From the NCBI GenBank assembly GCA_017499595.2, contig CM039009.1:1116001-1180000 (forward strand): a stretch of 64,000 nucleotides of DNA, written 5' to 3'. The notes under the pieces are model-generated. The model saw only the letters and a list, made by a program, of their open reading frames with translations. It searched no databases and was not told the origin of the DNA. This DNA comes from Psilocybe cubensis (Eukaryota). Each line of letters begins with the position of its first letter. Positions within the stretch are counted from its first letter, which is position 1. The position numbers and the translations under genes are program-made. Of this stretch, positions 1 to 13,766 are shown in pieces.

Positions 1-1260
1 TGGGAGTGGAGGAGATCCATGTTGTGATGGGGGTTGGGACCAAGTTGGGACAGGGCGGAAGAAACGCGACGTGGCGACGTGTTCGATAAATAGGCACAGC
101 CACTGATCCCCACTACAACTACACCTTGTACTCATACAACCAACGTCCTTCCATCACCGGTCCACATAATGCCCTTGTGGTACCATCCCTACGGGCCCAC
201 TAGGATAAATTTGCCACCACCTATACAAGGAGTGCCCTGCCTCATTGTTTGATCTCTGACTCATGTGGGGGACATCTGTTTCAGGGATGTAGCAACTTCA
301 AAATCTGAAGAGGCCAAAAACTTCGACGACCAGCCTTTTGCTTTATTTTTTCTCTATAGTTAGAGTCGATTGTCAACGTATAGGCTTTCATCTTCTTTTT
401 TGTTGTTGTGTTATGTTGATTTCTTTGGCCAATCTGACTTTAGGCGCCGCGAAGTCTCACGATGCAGTCGCAGCCTGATCTCTTGCGTTGGCTCTTGCGT
501 TCCGGCTTTCCAGTAGCATGGATCAGCACATGCACCGAAGAAAAACAATGCTGCGGCACGACATTACTCGTAGGCAACTTAATTGGGATTTTTTATAGTA
601 CGGATGACAGAGCTTTCACACATGCGAGTCCGATGGAAATTGTCAGTCTTCATGACACAGACAGTGGATATCATGACGAAATGTGCCACAAATTCGGAAA
701 GCTGACTTACATGTTTTATTCTAACCGTCCAACAAGAGATGGTCTATAAATCCATCTGGAAGCAGATGAAGCGAACGCCAATGTTTTCCTTGTATTCAAA
801 ATGATCCCGCGTGGTACCACAGAGATTTTAAACTGCGAGAATTAAATGAAGAAATCGCATCGCTGAATTAGGAATGTGAGTACCAGTGTTTTATTAAAAG
901 CAGTCTTGACTTAGGGCGGTGATGATTGCCCTCCACGCAGCGTAGTACTCGCAGTAAGAATTGTTTCATCTTTAAAAACCCTGTTAATAGCATGATCCCT
1001 ACGGGAATACGACGTTCATCAAAGATGTGGCCGTCCATCGCTTCTTACTTGGGAATTCTTTGGGCTGCTGGTATCGCGAAGCCTCCCGACCCGTGCGCCC
1101 AGCGTAGATGCATGACGTTTTGTCAAATCTTCATCCACGCTGTCAAAACAGTCATTCACATAAGCCAGAGTTTAGGAAACTATATGAATGAAGTCTATTC
1201 CCTCACAAGATGCGATATTGTCCACAGGTGTCCCGCTATAGCGAATTCTTCAAATAGCTG

Positions 1261-3052
1261 CTACCATACTCTATCTGTCTCCATTGCACGCAAAGGGATA
1301 TCCTCGTTGACATGATTTGGACCACGATTATCACCGAGAACGATGGCTCGTCTGAGTTGCTTCGAGACAACTCGAAGTTGCTTACTTTCTGAAGGGGTTG
1401 CATGTTCTCGCAATTGAATAATACTTCAATAAATCATGAAGATCAAGATCAACGCACAAGTGATAAATGAGAATACTTACAATCTGCAGGCCTTTAGACG
1501 TATGATAGGGTTAAAACATTGGCAAGGTTTTGAACTCAGCACGACGGTACTGGTACACACCGTCAAAGGAGAAACTAGCTTACCAGGATGTTTGGAAGCA
1601 TCACTAAAATTGCGTAGGACATTGAAGCAGTTTCATATATTGGCCTGAGTTTGTGCAAAAAGGTGAGAAATCTACGACGGTTCTGCAGAACCCGCAGAAA
1701 AAGTTCTGAAATGTAGCAAACCACTTACTTGAGAATTGCTACCAGCGCGAGACCGTACACTAGAAGCAGCAGACTGTAGAATCCCAGACCTGATAGTAAA
1801 AATATTAATAAAAAGTGGAAATGGAACTCTTTACTGTTCACGACACACATTGATAAAGAAAAAGTTGTCCAAGTTTTCCGTAAATGCTTCGTGTCCGACA
1901 ACAGTGCTGTGGAAGCGGACGATAACAGAAGGTTGTACAAAGTATCAGGTCTTGTCTTTGTAGAAAAAGAGATCAATACCTTACCGCGACAATAACAAAT
2001 AACGCGATTGCATCAAGGATCATCCCAGAAACCTGTACAGTAAACAAAAGAAAGGATATAAGATGAAGCGCGAAGCAAGAGGCCCAGGATCAGAGTGTTT
2101 TCAAAACCTACTACGTTTACCTGCGGAACATGATCGTGAAGCAATATATCAAGGTCAAGTTCAAATACCACAAAATGAGTAACTGACGATGAATGTTGAA
2201 AGCTGTCCGCCCGCGTTGCGTGAGCGATTCTCATAGCACCCAGATCCCGGAACCCCTGTGTAGAAGCGAAGATTCTGTATATTGACGACACAAGACCAGA
2301 TCTTAGCACCTAGACAACAAATGAGGCACAGCAGTAGAAAAGTCAAAGTCGATCTGGTTCGTCCACTAAACGTCCAGGCTCGAAGAACGAGTACGCAATG
2401 GGGAGAAAATTGCTAGAATCGTGTTAAGAATGCGCAGCGAGAGTAGAAAATTCCTCGCACCAGGACGAACGAGAAAATTTGTTGATAAATTGAGAGAGAC
2501 ATGCAGGCGTCTGGGTTAAACCAGAACAAGAAACTCCAGATTGATCTTGGCCAGGCAATCATTGGGCAGAATCGACAAATAAGGTAGAGAACCTTGAGGA
2601 TGCTCCACCTTGAGTTATAAATCTAATGATTTTTCCGGTGAGGTATGCTTCAAGATTAAGCCATATGTTTGAGCTGACATGACGATATTCTCTATCCATT
2701 CTGAAAGAGAATAGTCTAGCTATTAGAATATAGATCTAGAGCAAACAATTGGAGTAACGAACTCACAGTAGGAGGTAATCATACACCGCCAAAAAGTCTA
2801 CACAGCAGATTGTTATTATCACTGGGATTAAAGGATGCAGATCAAGATATACAAGTGCCTATGGTAGTAAAAGTGACATCAACATTAGCGGGGAAGCATC
2901 AAAGAGGAATATTCCAGCTATTAACCTGTTACTGCATAGCGAAAACTACAGAATTAGTTCATGTGTTGTGGCTGAGTCCAAACGACAATAGTATCCCACC
3001 CCTGGTTAAGCTCTATGATAGTCTTGTAGTCCGGTTTCAAATCAGTAGACAT
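1261..3052 (-). CDS. Multi-exon DUF6533-type multi-pass membrane protein (Agaricomycete 7TM-like family)
   Basis: Manual splicing on the minus strand gives LAVYDYLLLMDREYRHIYNSRWSILKVLYLICRFCP...VLVLRAWTFSGRTRSTLTFLLLCL...ACRFIIQLREHATPSE...DRVW*, matching the family's YD..L.hD.E...W..K.LY..RY, LR.WA and RL.LNLR-type motifs. Stop TAG at 1261-1263. The start (MSTDLKPDY, 3052) and some internal exons are approximate. Confidence 0.7.
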
Positions 3053-5639
3053 CCCATGGGTATCTTAAGAGTCGAGAAAGGTAAGGAGAATAGGTATGAG
3101 AAAGACGAACCATTGCTATCATTATTATATGCGTGTACTAAATGAATTGTAGCGGTAAGTCGTTGCCAGCATAACGAGAGCAAAACGGAAGGCTCACGGC
3201 AATTGCATTAACTCTTTGAATTGAATGTGGTCGCTTCGCAGATTTTAGTCGCTCCTATCAATCGCGGTCATCCAGTTGGCAGCGGAGGTATGTTATTACG
3301 AAAATGTTACTATGTTACTAGCCGTGCCGGTCCTGACAGCTCTGAGCTAGTACCAATGATTATTTTAATGGAACATGGTCCAATTGTGTCGTCAATAGTT
3401 CCCCATGCTACAAGTAAGTACTCGATCACAAGAACCTAGGAGATTTGGCTGTTGACTCCTAAGCTGGGGTGAATGGGGGATGGAGTGGCACAGATGAACT
3501 GGTGTTGTACACTTACCTGTACTTGAGTACGAATTATATTGCTTGCTCTCAAAGCTGGATAAAATTGTAGAAGCTAAAGAGGTTTTGAAGAGTGAGCATA
3601 GAGAAACTGAGAAGGGACTGTCCTTGACTGACCACGGATATGCTGACGCCGTACTCAGATATCCCAACAAGAGCTAAATGCAGGTTAGGTCCGTAAGTCG
3701 CCATCAAAGTCCAAGTCGTTCAGAGATTGGCTTTGAACATCAATATCCGATCCAAAACGTAAAGATTAAGACTTTGCTCATAGGGGAGGAGAGAATCAGA
3801 TTTCCATGATATTCGCGATTAGGCAGACAGGGCATGGTCGGACAAGAATAAGACGGAGTCCACGACGACTGTCCTTGAAATTCAATCAACATAAAATCGG
3901 CGACTTGGAACTTTCGCCACACGTCATTTTATGTACGTAATTTGTGACCTTGCCAAGATTTTGTCTTGGTCTTTTTGTTGGACTCTGGAATAAGCTGTCT
4001 AGGTGCGAAAAATTTAGCTGATAATAACTTGAATAAAAAGCATGAGGGGATACTTGCGTTCGACCGTGTCCGGTAGTCCTCCATTCCACCTGCTCACACA
4101 GAGAATATAATATGGTTTTCAACTTGAAGGATTTCTTAAACATATTTGGCTTAAGTTCTAGTAGTGCAGTAAGTGATATCGATATCCTTTGCTATACTTG
4201 CATGAAGGGCCTGCGACGTCAACCTTGCGCATATCCTTGCTAAATTGCTGTGATATGAGACTGAGTCGTTTTGTCGCTGTTAAGGTATTGCATTCTCGAA
4301 GCTGAATAATCCTGCAAATTTATTGGTACGCGATTCATTTAATTTCAAGGCGTAACCTTGCCTCTCCGTAGTCTAAGCTGTACGGGCCGATATATAAATA
4401 CAATTGAGTTCTGTCAATTTGTGTGCTTATGATGATGGATAAGGACCCTTACCGCAAAAGTAATGAAGCATGACGACGCCGACATAGGTGACATAGGTTA
4501 TTCCTACGAATTCGCTGACGCTACATAAAACTGGCTCAAGTGGAATAAAGCAATTAACTGTAACATAGATACTAAAGAAATCTCACTATTGAACCTTAAC
4601 TCACCTATGAAAACGAGCGCAACTGCATAAACGGTCGAAACGAAGCACCAGGTATTAAAAGATTCTCAAAATGACTTGCCCCGAGAGCTGTAAATCTATA
4701 TACCAATCAGTGTATTGATCGAGCAAGGTGGATTGGGCACTTACATGTCTATTGTTTGTCCTTTTTCTGTGATTTTAGTGGATTTGAAAATATCTGGAAT
4801 CAATTAATGGCACTGGGGTTCCAGTTATAGGTTGTAGATAGATCCAGTTGACATGGCCATAAGCAGTTAATTTGTCAGCGAGCAAATAAAAATCTTCCGT
4901 ATACAAGCAATTTAATTAAGTCAACGCACTGTCATGGGCTCTGAGCCCTCGTATAAGCACCACTAACCCTGGAATAGCCATGCATTCAGGCCTCAAAAAG
5001 ACGGCCTTGTTCCAATTCTCTGTGAAAATGAAGCGTTTTGGGGGCCTGCATCACAGAACGTCACTAAGTAAAATCCAGAAAACAGTAATGATACTTCAAT
5101 CGAATTAAAAAATATATCAAGCTTGTGACGGACCTCTCGAGTTTTCTTCGGACCATTCTGGAATTGGATTGTCATTGGTCAGCCAGCACCAGGACAATGG
5201 TTCGTCTCAAAAAGCCTACCTGAGCCAGGGCATTTATGTAGACGTCAGGTTCGCCAGGATGGTTTAGCGAAAAGACGTGATATCAAATTTGAGCATGACG
5301 GAATATTGTAACGAGTGAAACGTGAAAAACGGTGGTTTGAAACGAATTTGAAGTTTAAAATGGAGACGGAGCCGAAGAAGGACCCATATGCTTAAACAGT
5401 CGTGGCTCGCCCTTGCGATGAGCTGACAGTCAACAACAGCGTTCAATATTCCATATAGAAGTAGAGATTTCCAGATCGTTTGGCTCCGAAATCAACAGAT
5501 ATTTGAGTTGTTAGCGAACATACTATAATACATGTTCTGCGTGATGGGGTATTAACACAGACAATTATACAATCATGTATGACCCACTCACAAATAATTT
5601 AATACCCATACTGCACCCAATAATTTCAATACATCCATC

Positions 5640-7808
5640 TCAATAATCATCAAAATCCTGCGGCTGTCCAACATACAAATCCTTCGTCTGCGCAAACAGA
5701 GCCATGCGCCTCCTTGCTTCCCAGGCGTCTGCCTTCAAAACATACCTATCGTAGTCTCTCAACTCATCTTTCTTTTTCCCCTTATGCATATCCTCCGCCT
5801 CACCGTCCTCTTGCCCCGAGTTCTCCAGCCAGTCATAATCATGCCCAAACTCATTCCACACATACGCTGCCTCACCCACCCGGACGTGCGACTCAGTATC
5901 GAGGTAGACAGCGTGCAGCGGAACACAAGCACCGCCTGCCCCCCGTGTGAGCGCTAGCAGCCGCTTGCGCGCGGCACTGTGCTTCGACCTCCATTTCTTC
6001 CGTTTTTGCTTCTTCAAGTAGGATTGATACTGCTCCCCACAGGACGCACGAGCGGCATCTTCAAATCCAAACCCGCGCAGCACCTGCACATCCCGGATCG
6101 CCTGTGCATATCGCCCATCGACGGCTGTCAAAGACAAAGTGAGCATGTTCGGGAAGAGTGTCCTCCTTCTCGCTACTCGCTCTCCGTCGTTGGCGTTGGA
6201 GCCAGCGACTGGATTGGCGGGGTTGTGAGTTGTAGCGCCAGTATCGCTATCACTGTCGATGTCATGTGCACTATCGGCGTTGAGTTTCGAGTCCCCGTTT
6301 GCAGCGTGCCGTACATGAGCATCGTTCGCCCCCTCGTCGTCGCTATCCCTGTCACATTCATTATCCCATTCTGCAAATTCCTCAGATGATCCCCCACCAC
6401 CATCAACCTCCAGCCCATCTTCCAAATCAGCCGCGCCCAGGCCGCCCGCAAAAAGCATCTTGAACGGGGACAGGTAAATATTCGCGAGAATCAAATGCTC
6501 GACGAACGGGAAGCACGCAGATGCGAGGGTTAGCGCATCGACAGCTTCAGGGTGTGCAGGAGCAAGTGTGAGCGTCCTCAGGTTTGGAAATTTGAGCTTC
6601 GAACGGACGTCGCTGGGTAATACGATTGCGTCCGGGGTAGCATTCTGGTCGTTCGCATCCCAACCAGGCTGCACGACGTTCATCAACAGGTTGAGATCGC
6701 TCGGCACAATCGGGGCGATCACAACTTCCTTCAAGTTCGGTGCGTCAAGGAATAACAGAAGCTCTGACACTGAGAGCATGTTTCCAAGTATCATCACTAC
6801 TTCTAACGAGGGTACGGGGCATGAGAAGAATGAAGAATATCCTGGAAATGAGCGCAGGACCTCGTCATACACCGCCAGGGTATGTAAAGCCGGACAGGAA
6901 GAGAGAACAGCAGATAGTGAGGAAAAGGCGGTGAAATCGTACGAGGAAGAGGATGATGATCGGGACAGGTGAAGGGATGTGAGTGATTGTGCATTGGAAG
7001 GAAGTGAGAAGCGGCTGATCCCAACCCCGACCATCCGCAACTGCTTTAGACGTGGCGCAGAACGGAAGAGGCTTAAAGGTGAAGACATAAGGTCGTCGTA
7101 GTGCGACAGATCCGCTTCAAAGATAAATGTTTCCAGGAGCGGCATATCTGTGTCAAGAAACTTCGAAATAAAGCTAAAAGAGATAGAAGAAGTGGGTTTT
7201 GCAAATACGCCGCGCAGCTGCAATGAGCGACATCGTGATAGATGCGGCCCCAGCAACTCAAAAAGAGGCTTGTATTCTTTCCATTTGGGAGTTTCATGCG
7301 CTTCCTGATCCATTTTCTGGCTGCTTGTGCTGCTATCATTGCTCCTGCGATTTCTCTTGTTGTATGCAGAGCATGTTGTATAGTCCGCGTGTCCAAAGAT
7401 TCTGAGATCCAGCGGCACCTGGGAACTCCGCTCGATTTGAACTTTCACCCTCTGGAGACCCTTCTGCAGATTCCGATTCCACATAGGGGGAACGAGCGAT
7501 ATTGTGTCGTGCCAGAGGGGGTTTCCAAGGACCACAGCGCGCCAGAGCGCACACACTGATGAAAGAGAAGCGGTGAGCCGCGCAGCAAGGAAGACGCTAT
7601 CGTCATCGGGCCCACAAGCGAAAGCATCTGACGAGTACGCTGATGTGAGAGTGAAGTCGAGAATAAGAGTGAGCAGCTCTGCAGAGAGGAGAGATATGGG
7701 GCTCGACTCTGATACGACAGGCGTCAGGGGTGGGCTAGATGGTCTTGAGGTCGCGCTTATCATCGAGATTGTGGTCATGACCAAGTTGGTATCACAAACA
7801 GAAGGCAT
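5640..7808 (-). CDS. F-box-like / degenerate LRR protein, single exon, with an acidic low-complexity insert and a basic patch
   Basis: 722-aa ORF; PISLLSAELLTLIL...LSSVCALWRAVVLGNPLW is a basidiomycete F-box-like motif, followed by LxxLxL repeats (PHLSRCRSLQL, PRLKQLRM, PNLRTLTL); KKQKRKKWRSK is NLS-like. Confidence 0.8.
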   Translation of the reverse strand: MPSVCDTNLVMTTISMISATSRPSSPPLTPVVSESSPISLLSAELLTLILDFTLTSAYSSDAFACGPDDDSVFLAARLTASLSSVCALWRAVVLGNPLWHDTISLVPPMWNRNLQKGLQRVKVQIERSSQVPLDLRIFGHADYTTCSAYNKRNRRSNDSSTSSQKMDQEAHETPKWKEYKPLFELLGPHLSRCRSLQLRGVFAKPTSSISFSFISKFLDTDMPLLETFIFEADLSHYDDLMSSPLSLFRSAPRLKQLRMVGVGISRFSLPSNAQSLTSLHLSRSSSSSSYDFTAFSSLSAVLSSCPALHTLAVYDEVLRSFPGYSSFFSCPVPSLEVVMILGNMLSVSELLLFLDAPNLKEVVIAPIVPSDLNLLMNVVQPGWDANDQNATPDAIVLPSDVRSKLKFPNLRTLTLAPAHPEAVDALTLASACFPFVEHLILANIYLSPFKMLFAGGLGAADLEDGLEVDGGGGSSEEFAEWDNECDRDSDDEGANDAHVRHAANGDSKLNADSAHDIDSDSDTGATTHNPANPVAGSNANDGERVARRRTLFPNMLTLSLTAVDGRYAQAIRDVQVLRGFGFEDAARASCGEQYQSYLKKQKRKKWRSKHSAARKRLLALTRGAGGACVPLHAVYLDTESHVRVGEAAYVWNEFGHDYDWLENSGQEDGEAEDMHKGKKKDELRDYDRYVLKADAWEARRRMALFAQTKDLYVGQPQDFDDY

Positions 7809-8190
7809 CGTGAAAGTAACATCATTAACGCGACAAAGACGTGATTACCGTTGCTCTCTTATCTAGAAAAGGCAGGTACCTCGTGATGTGTTGTTGATCG
7901 GCGGAGTGCGAAAAAAGAAAGAGAGATTGAGCGGAGCTCGAAATACTGGTACATAGTTAACGCCATTGCCTTGAGCTTCTTGCCACGCCGAGTCACCGCT
8001 GGTTCAAGACGTTGTCTTCGACTGTGTAGTAAAGTTCTCTGTTTACAGTGAGTTACACCGCTACTCTCCCTCGATTAGATATATTAATCGTAAAATCTTG
8101 CTGTTACTAGATCAACGAAGTTGGATTAAAAATTAACCAAAGCTCAAACTGTTAATCCCATCTCACCGAGTTCATCGATCGGAGGACTAC

Positions 8191-9967
8191 ATGTCAACTA
8201 GTGCAGGAAATTTCAACAGGCGTGCAACGATCCAATTACTGGATTATGACATTCTCTGGACCATTTTTTGGACAAATTCCGAAAGTCAATGGACAAAAGA
8301 CTCATCCGATCCTGGAGGACAGCGGATATCCCATTCTTACACAAACCCTCTCCAAACATTGCGATACTCCTCACAGATTTGTCAACAATGGCGACAGATT
8401 ATACTTGGGTCACCCACCTTGTGGGGCATGGTAATCGACTTCAATTCGTTGATGTTCGGTAATCTTACCTGGGCCCAGAAAGTCATGGAGCGGGCGGCAC
8501 AGGCGAAACTTTACATTTTCGGACATGCTAGAATTTCTACGTTTATTAACAAGATCCCCGCTTGGATTTACGAGTTTTTTTATTTTGCTGCTCCGTGATA
8601 ATTGGCACAGAATTCGTAGGCTTAACATTGGCATGATATTCCCTGACTCTTTGGTCCACGAGGCGTATAATGTTTTGCTCAAGCCAGCGACGGAACTCGA
8701 ATTTATTCGGATCAGCGTAATAGTGCCAGACACCGCCTTCTGGAATAAAATGTGGTCAAATAAAAATCTTTCCATCTTTGCTGGCACTACCATGCCCCAT
8801 TTGAGAGTGTTATCTCTAAAGGGCACGCCATTCAAAACATTCTCCCTTGATGCACCATGGTTGGGCCAATTACGTCGTCTTACTTTGTCAGATCTGCATG
8901 GATTTGATGCAACGGAAGTGCCCTATGCACTTGCTCGCCTTCCTCTCCTGGAGCATCTAGTGCTAGAACTCGCACTCCCGAGGGATGCATGGGAGCTGGT
9001 GGAACCAATTCTGCCCCGCCTTCGCAGCTTGTACATCACGGACTCCTTCTCCGCAGCGGCTTATCTTTTGAGGTACATCGCTCCCAGTGATGGTTATTCT
9101 CTTTCCATGGATTTACAGGTATCCAACCTTATAATGCCCAGCCAGGAAACGCGCTATTTTTGCGATGCAATAAAACGCTATATCAACAACTCTTTTAGAT
9201 GCGGTTCGACCTCCGAGTCATTACTTTTTGTACCAGGCCCTCGAAGTTTCATTTTCAAGGGTAAGGACCTCATGAACTACCGTTTGCCATCATACCGTTT
9301 CTCTTTTTCTATTAAGTGTAACCGAAAACACACGCCAGATTTTCCAATACCAACAATTCAAGACTTTATGGCTTCGCTCAGTGCACACAGTTTCCCTCAT
9401 ACCACAAGTTTCGAATTTCGGCCTTCCGGATTTCTTGAGTCAAAAGTTATGAGAAACTCTCTTATATCTTTTTTCTCATGCCTCCACGCGGTAGAAAATT
9501 TGATGGTCTGTGATTATGATCTTGGTCTACTTCACGATCTACATAGTTGGGCAGATAACACATTCTTCCCAAAATTAACGACTCTATATATGATACCAAG
9601 AACGTGGCATCCAGGCTCTAAAGCTCAAATAACTTTCCCTGTATCCAAATTCTTGGAAGATAGGAACAGGATTGGAAACCCAATAACGATGCTCGACATA
9701 ACAGCGTTAAGCAACCATGCCTCGGAAAATCTGGACAGTGGTTTTGATGGTGTTGTACCAGACTGGACACACTTGGACTATGAATTCCCAGGATTGTGGG
9801 TTGGATACAGCATGTCGGGTTATAAATGTGGCACCGGTGCACCAGAGAAGTTGGGCCTTTTGGGTAGGAACTTGAAACCGGAATCAACGCCTGATATTGC
9901 GAGCAGCACCGTACACGGTCCGAGTACAACAAAGATCTTGTTTGAAGATCTTATGTATTACTATTAA
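8191..9967 (+). pseudogene. F-box-like/LRR gene interrupted by a 1-nt frameshift (pseudogene or homopolymer sequencing error)
   Basis: ORF 8191-8598 carries the F-box (LDYDILWTIF...SQICQQWRQIILGSPTLW). ORF 8525-9967 continues with LRR-like repeats. Deleting one T from the T7 run at ~8575-8581 fuses them (YEFFILLLRDNWHRIRRL). Confidence 0.7.
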
Positions 9968-11302
9968 AACAATGTGAATACCATGCTTTATAAATGAGGG
10001 GCGGGAGTAACCACACAGCGAACATTACGAGAGGAGCGGGCCGTTAGCGCTCTGTTGAAACGCTGCACTTGGGCACCTGCTTCATGGAAACGATGGTTTA
10101 CCTTTATAACAGGCTCGTCTGATAGTACTGACCTTATCTGGAGCCATATGAGTTATGTACGTAGCGTCGGTCTATGCTACTTCTCTCCCTCACCTCATGA
10201 GCATTATTGGCTCAGGCTTGATCAACTATAAAGTCAAATTATTGCAGTGTCAAGTTTTATATTTAGCTCAAAACTATAGTACAGTTCCTCAAAAATTTCC
10301 TTAGAGTCTTTACAGTTTCAAGTCCGGTCGTGTTCGTATATCTCAAAAGTAAAACCTCATATTTTGAAGGTACGAACAAGTATGTATGTTGCGTTATTCT
10401 CACGGCCCATGCCACTGGGGTCCCCGGTCAGTTGATCTCATGCAAGCAGCAATCCAATGCCCCTTCCCTAACCCCTTCGTGACTAACCTAGTACGACCAT
10501 TGTTCTATCTGGCATCCTGTTGATCTTACAGATTTCTGTGATTTACATTTTTAAATTGATTATATACCGTTAACGTCTACACTTCACTTCTGTGGAATTC
10601 CGATGGTAATCGATGTCCGGGTGGCAATAACAGGTGCGTCTCCACTTTGCCACAATTGCAAGGAGGCAAAAACTTGACTGTACAACAAAATTTGATAGGC
10701 CCCCCAGAAAGCGGACGAACAACGCTCTGCAAACGACTTGTAGGTTATAATTTTGTATTTTACATCAAGGGCGGGAACACAATAACCTCTTTACTCCTTA
10801 GAAAGACCGTATACATGTTAGAGTAAACGATGGGCAACATTTTTGTCTCAGGGCACATGAGACCAACCTTGAAGACCCCAGCCTTTTGGAGTCAGATGCC
10901 CTGCTACTGATTGTTGATTTGCACAAGGATATGAAGGATGTCAAAAATTTGGTCGCTGATTACGGCGAATTCGTTAAGTCTACCTATTGGGAACAACGTA
11001 AAATGTTTCGAATTATAGGGACTAAACATGATAAACTGGATCCCGAGTCAAAAATCGTCAAATACCCTGGATTTTTCACAACGTGGTTCACAATGTACAC
11101 GTCGTTGTCCTGTCATTTCGTTGGCACTGTAACGCATGATGAAAGTGCCATTGAGGAAATGTGCGTTTCTATAGGTAAGCGTTTACTTCATATACGTGAT
11201 ATCCGACTCATAGAAAAAAGTCAACCAATTTCGACCTACCAAGCCGTCAGTTTCGAGCCAGGTTCATAAAGCGTTTTCACAAATACGGTCATGGGGACTG
11301 GA

Positions 11303-12325
11303 TATGATAGCATCTATATTTTCCCTTCCGATCCCCTCCAACGTGAACCAGGATGTTGGTGGTTCATCGCTATCTAGACAAAATTGAAAATGACTTGTTT
11401 TCTTCCATAGACACCTGATTCTGATGACCTGCCAGTCATTCCGGATGATAATGCCGCATGGGAATTGATCAAGACACCTGAATCCATTGCCTTCAACAAA
11501 CATCAGGCGTCTTTCACTCGCGGGCACAATTGGGCACCGACACACAAAATTGCACCAAGTTTAGTCCTCAAAGAACTGCACCACTTCGAAAGATTCAACA
11601 ATATCTTTGTTCGAGCTCACACGAATATCCCAGTCCCACAACCTCGCTATCTCCACCTGAAGGAATCGCTTGTCACAGATTTCATTCCCGGAAAAATGCT
11701 TTTGGAATGCTGGGACTCGTTCAGCCTTTTCTACCAATTTCGTATTGCATGCACTCTCAGAAAATATGTTTCTCAGCTTCGACGCATCACCAGCGATCGA
11801 CCTGGCAGCATTGGACAAGGACTCGTCAGGGGACAACTATTTTATCCGCATGCATGGAATGGACCTTTCCGCGACGCTGAGCAGTTCTGCAACTGGATGG
11901 CGCACACTGCTTATACAGAACGAGTTTACCAATACATGCATCTCCGTAGTTTCAAAGGTCCAGAAGCTGCTGGTAGCCCTCCATGTCTTTTAAACCTACC
12001 TCCCGAACACGAATGGAATTTAGTCCTCACGCATGGCGACCTTAGTCTCAGCAATGCCATTCTTTCAGATGATGGCGTACTGTGGATTATAGATTGGGCG
12101 GATTCCGGTTTCTATCCTCCCTGGATAGAGTCGCAAGCAATGGAACGTTATACATGGGCGCCTGAATCATGGAGGCGATGGTTTTCATTCATTGTTGACA
12201 CCTCTGTTGACACGACTAAGCTCTGGAGCCATATGGAGTGTGCAGGGGGTATATGCAGCACATGCTTCCCTCGTGAGGATTACTGGCCAAATACTGAAGA
12301 GATACGAAGGATAACGGTGTGGTGA
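11303..12325 (+). CDS. Aminoglycoside-phosphotransferase/choline-kinase-like protein kinase-fold enzyme
   Basis: Motifs FVRAHTNIPVP, LVTDFIPG, LVLTHGDLSLSN (Brenner HGD motif), IIDWADSGFYP. The main exon starts after the acceptor at 11410. The 5' exon and start are approximate. Confidence 0.8.
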
Positions 12326-12715
12326 GATTGTCCGTGAAGCTATCATTGAACTTTGAAGACTGTAAGTAATAGATATGGTTTCAAAAGGGGTAGAACGCCG
12401 GCTTTGCTTTAAAGCTCGACTGAAAAATATTTTCTTTGAAGGGACATCGTTTGTTTGAATCAACGAACTATTTCACAAGTAAAGTTTAAAGTTGACCAAC
12501 AGGCAGAAGAAGTGAAAAAACACTCAAGCATGTGATCCGCGATATTTGAGGGGCCAACAGCATGTTGCAAGAATGATTGGTTCCATTTAGGGAACACGCG
12601 CGCAGCAAAAAGAAATGAGGCAAGGGTGGGCCGATAGTAGCCACAGTTTGGATTAGAATCGAATAATGATATTCATACCTATCGGACACCACCACATGAG
12701 TCTGTTCATTAAGCT

Positions 12716-13561
12716 TCAGTCCTCCTTATCATACAACCCAGATTCGCTTGGGGCAACAGACGGTATACCAGGTTCTTCGACATCACCAATGGGACGCCAA
12801 TAGCCTAGCATGTTTGCACCACGAGCTAAGATATTTGATACCACTCCGCCGACTGTCAGTCCAAATCGGACAAATGGTGCAGTGACAGGTACAAGAAGAG
12901 CAGCAAAATCCTGTGTCACAACTTGAGTGTCGGGAGTAATGTCGGGTAAGAAAGGTTGGACTGAATCTGACCTCAGGATGGTAGAAATCTTCCTGCTGTG
13001 ATATATAATAAAGTCCGTCTTTCTTTCTTAGAGTCAAACGAATGATAAGTCTGTCGTGCAAAGAAAATTAGGACGTGAGCCCCAGTGGCGTAAAGTCTGC
13101 AGTGAAAGGGTACGCACCTCGCAGGAGCCGGTTTGATAGGCAAGAAAAACATCTTAAACCATTGAATCCCCTCCAAGTACAACAAACATTGCTTCGCGTC
13201 AAACACTGTTGCATAATGGACGGCTGGTCAGACAAACGAAGCGTCGCAGTGTGGACGGCCAGGCTTGCCAATGCTCTCGACTTTGATTTCGATATGGGGT
13301 GATAGCACGCGGTACCACCTGTGCCCGACATTTGTAAACATGGTCCAACAACAATGCAAGAATGACGGGAAACAAAGCTTACTGGTATATTCCAAGCACA
13401 TAGTCTCTTGAATTTGGCCCGGGCTTGATGGAACAAACGGGATGTTGAAAGCCAACGTCAGAGGTCATGTATGTCTCGACGGCGGATTTCTGGACATTTG
13501 GGGAGTCCGTGGCGGTTAGCTGGTAAACTACGGATGTTATTTCTTTGATAGGATCCTCCAT
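12716..13561 (-). CDS. Conserved fungal NTF2/SnoaL-like (SigF-like) protein, multi-exon
   Basis: Spliced: MEDPIKEITSVVYQLTATDSPNVQKSAVETYMTSDVGFQHPVC...GIYQ|WYRVLSPHIEIKVESI|VFDAKQ...PAR|LIIRLTLRKKDGLYYISQQEDFYHPE|DFAALLVP...; the F.HP.C, IY.WY...SP and I..QEDFY motifs fit this family. One intron is GC-AG. Confidence 0.7.
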
Positions 13562-13766
13562 TTGTGTGTCGTACAAAGAGATGCAGTCGAAGAGGAACGT
13601 TACGGATGGCGGACAATTGCCAACTCGGCTAATGACGTCGTTATGTTCAGAGGTTCTCTTTAGACTCTGACTTGGACTCATTAGTCTGTTTATTTTTGTT
13701 GTTGTTATTATTATGTAACGAGATTACCAAACAGCCCTCAACACAGCCGCCCACTGCGGCAGAACG

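Noticed and set aside
1..250. Possible end of an LTR or DNA transposon at the window edge
   Set aside because: No partner repeat, TIR or TSD can be seen within the window.
2340..2610. F-box-like reading LPNDCLAKI on the minus strand
   Set aside because: A different frame gives a coherent, spliceable DUF6533 protein.
5714..7866. Multiple plus-strand ORFs over the F-box gene
   Set aside because: Antisense or out-of-frame shadows of the 722-aa ORF.
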